The translations under genes and the position numbers were made by a program. Shown piece by piece: positions 58,650-64,000 of a stretch of 64,000 nucleotides of DNA (within the stretch, counting starts at the first letter, position 1; every line of letters begins with the position of its first letter). The notes beneath the pieces were generated by a model. That model had not been told where the DNA came from, did no database searches, and was given only the letters and a program-made list of their open reading frames with translations. This DNA is from an uncultured Clostridia bacterium (lineage in GTDB: Bacteria; Bacillota; Clostridia; DUPQ01), in the NCBI GenBank assembly GCA_963766335.1, contig CAVXZA010000002.1, forward strand, positions 928,292 to 992,291, read 5' to 3'.

Positions 58650-59759
58650 ATGAAAGACAAGGCCGTAATCAGCGAGGAAACCCCAGCCGTTGAAGAGAAA
58701 AAAAAGGGCAGGGAGGAAACCATTATTAAGTATGGTTTTATCGCATTGGGGATTATCCTTGCAATATGTATAGTTGCTTTTGCAGTGATAAGCCTGCTTC
58801 CCAAAAACATATTATCTATTGGCAATGAAAAGATAACAGAAGATGAATTTGACTACCACTATTATGAGCAGACGAATCTGCTGTACCAGCAGATTCTGCA
58901 ATACTATCCGGATGTTTCGATGGAAGTATTCATGATGAGCGAGTACCAGTCGGGTATGACATACCATGAATTTGCCAAACAGCTGGCTCTTGAGCGCGTT
59001 TCTGAAGTTCAGATTCTTCTTGATACAGCTGAAAAAGAAGGCTATGTCTATGACGAAGCAGAGCTTGAAGACAGCAAAGCCAATTTCAAAGCAAGTTTCA
59101 TAAATTATGCAGATCAAACCGGACAGAAACTTGACGATGCAGCTAAGGAGATTTACGGCTGTAAATTTGATATTGTATTTAAAATATTTGAAAAAACATG
59201 GTTGTCAAGCAAATATCAGGATGATTTACTCAGGAAATATAAGTCTGAGGTTGATGATGAAACCGCGCTTGCATATTATGAAAATTTCAAAGATGATATC
59301 GACCAGGTGGTTTTAAAACAGCTATTCATAGCAACATACGATACAGTAGCGCAGGAATATTATGACGATGAAGAGTATGCTGATGCCAAAGCCCGTGCTG
59401 AAGACATATTAGAAAGGGTGAACAACGGGGAAGACCTTGATGCTCTTATTATGGAACTGTCAGAGGATCCTTCCGTAGAAGAAACGCTTGGTGAATATAA
59501 ATCAAAGAAGAGTGATATCGGGCTGGTTGCTATAGAGGAATGGACTTTTGAAGAAGGCAGGTTCGAAGGGGAAATTGCACTGTTGGAAACAGAAATCGGC
59601 TTCCATATAACACAGTATGTATCAAGAACCGGTTTTGAAGATGCCCTTGATGAAGTGAAAGGCAATATAGCTTATGGTGAAATGCTGAATCTGCTTTCTG
59701 AAAAAAGAGCGCTTCCGGAGTATGAAGTAGGGTACTACAGTGCATTCAGTTCTTATTAA
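58650..59759 (+). CDS. membrane-anchored PrsA/SurA-like chaperone with a parvulin-type PPIase-like C-terminal region
   Basis: It has an N-terminal TM anchor, a helical domain, then VLKQLFIA...[17 protein letters not shown]...IGFHITQYV. The assignment is tentative. Confidence 0.5.
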   Translation: MKDKAVISEETPAVEEKKKGREETIIKYGFIALGIILAICIVAFAVISLLPKNILSIGNEKITEDEFDYHYYEQTNLLYQQILQYYPDVSMEVFMMSEYQSGMTYHEFAKQLALERVSEVQILLDTAEKEGYVYDEAELEDSKANFKASFINYADQTGQKLDDAAKEIYGCKFDIVFKIFEKTWLSSKYQDDLLRKYKSEVDDETALAYYENFKDDIDQVVLKQLFIATYDTVAQEYYDDEEYADAKARAEDILERVNNGEDLDALIMELSEDPSVEETLGEYKSKKSDIGLVAIEEWTFEEGRFEGEIALLETEIGFHITQYVSRTGFEDALDEVKGNIAYGEMLNLLSEKRALPEYEVGYYSAFSSY

Positions 59760-59776
59760 GCCGAATTAAACTAACG

Positions 59777-59806
59777 AAAAGCACCGGAGTCCGGTGCTTT
59801 TTTGTT
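59777..59806 (+). terminator. rho-independent terminator
   Basis: AAAAGCACCGG-agt-CCGGTGC followed by TTTTTTG. Confidence 0.85.
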
Positions 59807-59884
59807 TGGTATTTCAATGTCCGGCTACTGAATAATCCTATATATATGATACAATTAAAAAAAAGTTCTTCTAGGAGGAAAGCC

Positions 59885-61688
59885 ATGGAATTAAAAGTAA
59901 ATGAACCCAGGGAAAGACTGATCGGAACACTTCCGAAAGTAGGCATCAGGCCAACGATTGACGGCCGGAGAAAGGGCGTCAGGGAATCACTTGAAAAAAC
60001 AACAATGGATATGGCAAAATCAGCGGCAGAACTGATTTCATCCAATTTGAAATATTCCAACGGGTTGCCCGTTGAATGCGTAATTGCTGACACATGTATA
60101 GGTGGAGTTGCGGAATCAGCCGTCTGTGCAGAGAAATTTGAAAGAGAGGGCGTTGGGGTTTCCCTTACTGTAACACCGTGCTGGTGTTATGGTTCAGAAA
60201 CAATGGACATGGATCCTCATACTCCTAAGGCTGTATGGGGTTTTAATGGAACAGAACGTCCGGGCGCCGTTTATCTTGCTGCGGTACTTGCTGCACACAG
60301 TCAGAAGGGTATCCCGGCGTTCGGCATCTATGGAAGAGATGTGCAGGACATGGGAGACACATCCATCCCTGATGATGTAAAGGACAAGATTCTTAACTTT
60401 GTACGGGCAGGTGTTGCGGCGGCATATATGAACGGAAAATCTTATGTGTCATTCGGCTCGGTATCAATGGGAATAGCTGGTTCGATAACAGTTGAGGAGT
60501 TCTTCCAGAAATACCTTGGCATTCGTAATGAATATGTGGATATGTCTGAATTCATCCGCAGGATAAATGAAGAAATATATGACAAAGTTGAATTCGAAAA
60601 GGCTCTTGAGTGGACAAAGAGAAAACTGCAAAGAGGGTGAAGATCCAAATTCTGAAGAAGACTGCAGAAGCCGTGAACAAAAGGACGGCGACTGGGAGAC
60701 ATGCGTGAAAATGGCATTGATTGCAAGAGATATTATGACAGGCAATCCGAAACTTGAAAAAGCAGGTTTTGGAGAAGAAGCACTTAGGTCATAATGCCAT
60801 CATGTCGGGTTTCCAGGGGCAAAGGATTGGACAGATTTCATGCCGAACGGGGACTTCCTTGAAGCCATACTTAATTCATCCTTTGACTGGAACGGAATAA
60901 GAGAACCATATACAGTTGCAACGGAAAATGACGGACTTAACGGCGCATGTATGATGTTCGGGCATCTGCTCACAGGAACCGCCCAGATTTTTGCTGATGT
61001 AAGAACATACTGGAGTCCGGATGCTGTAAAACGTGTTACAGGAAAAGAGTTGACAGGCAAAGCGGCTAATGGCATTATTCACCTTATAAATTCCGGTGCT
61101 GCGGCACTAGACGGCACCGGCAGGCAGATGGTTGATGGAGAACCCGTTATGAAGCCATATTGGGATATTACGCCTGAAGAGGCACAGGAATGCCTGGATA
61201 ATACAACATGGGGACCTGCTGAGCTGGGATATTTCAGGGGCGGAGGCTTTTCGTCCACCTTCCTGACAATGGGTAAAATGCCCGTTACAATGACACGTCT
61301 TAACATAATTGATGGAATAGGTCCTGTTCTCCAGATTGCCGAGGGCTTTACAGTTGAATTGGATCAGGATGTTAACAATAAACTTGATAAAAGAACAAAT
61401 CCGACCTGGCCGACTACTTGGTTTGCGCCTACTGTAAACGGCGAAGGTGCTTTCAGGGATGTTTACTCGGTTATGGCCAATTGGGGAGCAAATCACGGGG
61501 TTCTTTCATACGGTCACGTAGGGCATCTGTTCATCACACTTTGTTCAATGCTCAGGATACCTGTTTGTATGCATAATATTCCCGATGAAAGAATATACAG
61601 GCCGTCTGCATGGAATGCATTCGGCACCGCCGGACTTGAAAGCGCTGATTACAGGGCTTGCGGTACTTTGGGTCCCCTGTATAAATAA
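59885..61688 (+). pseudogene. fucI: L-fucose isomerase disrupted by three single-nt indels
   Basis: It is collinear with my recollection of E. coli FucI from [14 protein letters not shown] to [12 protein letters not shown]. The frame changes near 60620 (+1), 60786 (+1) and 60825 (-1). Stops result at 60638-60640 and 60792-60794. Confidence 0.85.
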
Positions 61689-61703
61689 TAATACTAAACA
61701 CAT

Positions 61704-61733
61704 AAAAACCCGCTTCTAAAAAGCGGGTTTTTT
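61704..61733 (+). terminator. rho-independent terminator
   Basis: AAAAACCCGCTT-ctaaa-AAGCGGG followed by TTTTTT. Confidence 0.85.
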
Positions 61734-61832
61734 GATAAAATCAAAGAGATACCCTTGGGTCAGCTCTTCAAATGTAATGGATTTTTATTATTGATATGAC
61801 CCGGTATATAAAGCTGATGTTATAATAAGCTT

Positions 61833-62426
61833 ATGAAGGATAAACTGATTAACTATCTGCTGCTTGAGGCTGATATATATAAAAGGCCTATTAGAAAAAG
61901 ATTACTTCTTTTTTTGCTATGCTTAGGCGCCGGGCTTGTGATAATACTGGATTATTCAGTCCGAAATGGTTTTGGTTTTTTTAATAATATATATTCAATA
62001 ATAATGACAATTATGCTGGTGTTTTTCTGCGGAGTATTTTCCATGGTTGTTTACAGCTGGCCGGCAGCGGATATATCGGCCGCCGTTGGAAAAGCCTCCG
62101 GGAAAATGAATATTACTGTAAAAAGAATGAAAGTTGCCAAGGGATTCCTGTTTGCTGTAATTTATACCGGCATAGTTTCTGCTCTTTTAAGGACATTGTT
62201 CATATCAACTATGGAGATTGATGCAGCCATGATTGCATCAGTAATTCTATCCATTCTTGCCTCAATATGGGCAGGCGCAATGATAACCAGATGCATAATA
62301 GTGGTTTTTGAAGAAACCGCCACAAAGAAGCTTATGGTTTTTATACTGGCCTCTGTCTGGTATTACATAATTGTTGCTCAGGTAATGGGGTTTATAATAA
62401 AGAGTTCATATAGTATAATACTTTAG
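61833..62426 (+). CDS. polytopic membrane protein, unknown function
   Basis: It has about five hydrophobic segments. I found no clear RBS and recognised no motif. Confidence 0.45.
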   Translation: MKDKLINYLLLEADIYKRPIRKRLLLFLLCLGAGLVIILDYSVRNGFGFFNNIYSIIMTIMLVFFCGVFSMVVYSWPAADISAAVGKASGKMNITVKRMKVAKGFLFAVIYTGIVSALLRTLFISTMEIDAAMIASVILSILASIWAGAMITRCIIVVFEETATKKLMVFILASVWYYIIVAQVMGFIIKSSYSIIL

Positions 62427-62434
62427 CGGCGGCG

Positions 62435-62509
62435 TGTCCCGGTAGTATAATGGATAAAACAGTGGATTCCGGTTCCACCGATGCGGGTTCGACTCCCGCC
62501 CGGGACGCC
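62435..62509 (+). tRNA. tRNA-Arg (anticodon CCG)
   Basis: I folded this by hand. The acceptor stem is GTCCCGG/CCGGGAC. The anticodon arm is GTGGA-TTCCGGT-TCCAC and the T arm is GCGGG-TTCGACT-CCCGC. CCA is encoded. The D stem has one A-A mismatch. Confidence 0.8.
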
Positions 62510-62554
62510 ATCTGATGAATCGGTTATCCATCATCGTCAGATATTTAAAGCTCA

Positions 62555-62596
62555 ACCATCGGATTTGGTAATTAGACCATCCGATGGTTTTTGTTT
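62555..62596 (+). terminator. rho-independent terminator
   Basis: An 11-bp stem (AACCATCGGAT-13 nt-ATCCGATGGTT) followed by TTTGTTT. Confidence 0.8.
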
Positions 62597-62696
62597 ATTC
62601 ATATCTGACTTGCAGCGTTTTCTTTACTTTACTTTTCACTTTTGCATTGTAAAAAGACAGATGGTTCTGTCTGGATAAACTGATATAATAGGGACA

Positions 62697-63650
62697 ATGA
62701 AAATCGGTGATTATAAAATTAAAAATAGGTTGTTGCTTGCGCCGATGGCAGGGGTCACTGATGCGGCTTTCCGGGCTGTCTGCGCAAAGTTCGGGTATGG
62801 TCTTGCCTATACTGAGATGGTTAGTGCAAAGGCCCTTATGTATAAAGACAAAAAAACGTTTGATTTAATAAAAAAGGCAGATGAAGAGCCGGAACCCGCT
62901 GTGCAGATTTTTGGCAGTGATACCGATGCAATAAAATATGCGGTTGAATTACTTAATGGCACCGGCACCCCGGTTATTGATATCAATATGGGTTGCCCGG
63001 CTCCTAAGATTGTTAAGAACGGCGAAGGTTCTGCGCTGATGAAGGATCCTGACTTAGCTGGCAAAGTGATTAGAGCAGCAGTTGAGGTGTCAGAAAAACC
63101 GGTTACAGTGAAGATTAGAAGCGGTTGGAGCAAAGATGATGTCAATGCGGTTGAATTTGCCCTTATAGCGCAGCAAAGCGGTGCTGATGCTGTTGCGGTT
63201 CACCCGAGGACAAGGGACATGTATTACTCTGGAAAAGCCGACTGGGGCATTGTAAAGACTGTGAAGGCGAAACTTGATATCCCGGTAATCGGCAGCGGGG
63301 ATGTATTTTCAGCTGCTGATGCTGTCCGGATGATGGATGAGACAAAATGCGATGCTGTTATGGTCGCCAGGGGAGCTGCCGGCAATCCATGGATATTCAG
63401 GGATTTCTCTGATATTGAAAAAGGACAGACTGTTCAAGGAATCTCCATTAAAGAAAAGAAAGCAATGATATTAGAACATATGAAACTTCTGGTTAAATAC
63501 AAAGGTGAGCACCGGGCTGTACTTGAGATGCGAAAGCATGCTGCATGGTACTCAAAAGGCGAGTATAATGCATCTAAATTTAAAAATAGGGTATTTAGGT
63601 GCAGTGATATTGAAGAGATTATAGAAGCTTTGGGTATTCTGACTAATTAA
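62697..63650 (+). CDS. dusB: tRNA-dihydrouridine synthase
   Basis: LAPMAGVTDAAFR, IDINMGCPAPKIV and HPRTR. Confidence 0.9.
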   Translation: MKIGDYKIKNRLLLAPMAGVTDAAFRAVCAKFGYGLAYTEMVSAKALMYKDKKTFDLIKKADEEPEPAVQIFGSDTDAIKYAVELLNGTGTPVIDINMGCPAPKIVKNGEGSALMKDPDLAGKVIRAAVEVSEKPVTVKIRSGWSKDDVNAVEFALIAQQSGADAVAVHPRTRDMYYSGKADWGIVKTVKAKLDIPVIGSGDVFSAADAVRMMDETKCDAVMVARGAAGNPWIFRDFSDIEKGQTVQGISIKEKKAMILEHMKLLVKYKGEHRAVLEMRKHAAWYSKGEYNASKFKNRVFRCSDIEEIIEALGILTN

Positions 63651-63745
63651 AGTGAAATTAAAAATCGCAAAAATCAAAGAAAAAAGCCAAAAAAAGTAGA
63701 AATATTAAGATAATAATACCTAAGTGTCAATATCAAAACGTTAAA

Positions 63746-63824
63746 GGTCAAAGATAGTCAAAAACAAATGTTGCGTTATTTTAGATATTGGGTATAATTT
63801 AATTGAAGGTCAGAGATGGTCAGA
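63746..63824 (+). promoter_or_regulatory. hsp20 promoter bracketed by two CtsR operators
   Basis: Operator 1 is GGTCAAA-GAT-AGTCAAA (63746-63762) and operator 2 is GGTCAGA-GAT-GGTCAGA (63808-63824). They flank TTGCGT, a 16-nt spacer and TATAAT (63771-63798). The CtsR consensus is A/GGTCAAA-NAN-A/GGTCAAA. Confidence 0.7.
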
Positions 63825-63848
63825 AATAAATATAACGGAGGTGTTATT

Positions 63849-64000
63849 ATGTATAGCTTAATACCAAGAAGAGGGAACATAGTGAGAAGAGGAAGGGATT
63901 ATGATGTTTTCGATATGATGGATGACTTTTTTAACAGAAGCTTATCAGAACCGACATCAAATACCAGAGGAATGAAAACGGATATCAGGCAGACTGATAA
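63849..64000 (+). CDS. Hsp20/alpha-crystallin family small heat-shock protein (N-terminal part, truncated by the window end)
   Basis: A GGAGGTG RBS is followed by MYSLIPRRGNIVRRGRDYDVFDMMDDFFNRSL...MKTDIRQTD. This has the typical sHSP N-terminal layout leading into the first beta strand (KTDI.ET). Confidence 0.65.
   Translation, partial: MYSLIPRRGNIVRRGRDYDVFDMMDDFFNRSLSEPTSNTRGMKTDIRQTD

Noticed and set aside
62481-62678. A 65-aa ORF on the plus strand
   Set aside because: It starts inside tRNA-Arg and runs through two terminator hairpins. It has no RBS.

Overview
This is a chromosomal window of about 40% GC that looks like a Clostridia/Firmicutes genome. The evidence is a SigI-RsgI pair, SLH-domain proteins, a large Bacillus-type SRP RNA directly upstream of dnaX-ybaB-recR, nrdDG, and CtsR and NrdR operators. 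Nearly all long ORFs are ordinary housekeeping or carbohydrate-metabolism genes: apt, mreB, prfA, tsaC, nrdDG, dnaX, recR, galU, ttcA, purN, murC, dusB, a ferritin, and an atypically ordered 2-oxoacid dehydrogenase locus (E2-E3-E1a-E1b). There is also a three-component sugar sensor with its ABC transporter, and a GlpA-like/DUF1667 flavoprotein module. I saw no transposases, phage genes, CRISPR arrays or obvious defence genes. The least explained feature is a perfect 154-bp tandem array (3.2 copies) downstream of tRNA-Pro. Each unit is a terminator hairpin followed by a 116-nt imperfect palindrome, with no ORF and no promoter. Other points worth a second look: single-nucleotide frame disruptions in the E2 gene and in fucI (three indels, two of them compensating); an RsgI anti-sigma factor with a low-complexity tail instead of a carbohydrate sensor; an SPFH/zinc-ribbon gene pair; a TSCPD gene remnant; and well-formed NrdR and CtsR operators. 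All calls come from reading the sequence and from remembered family motifs. No database search was run.
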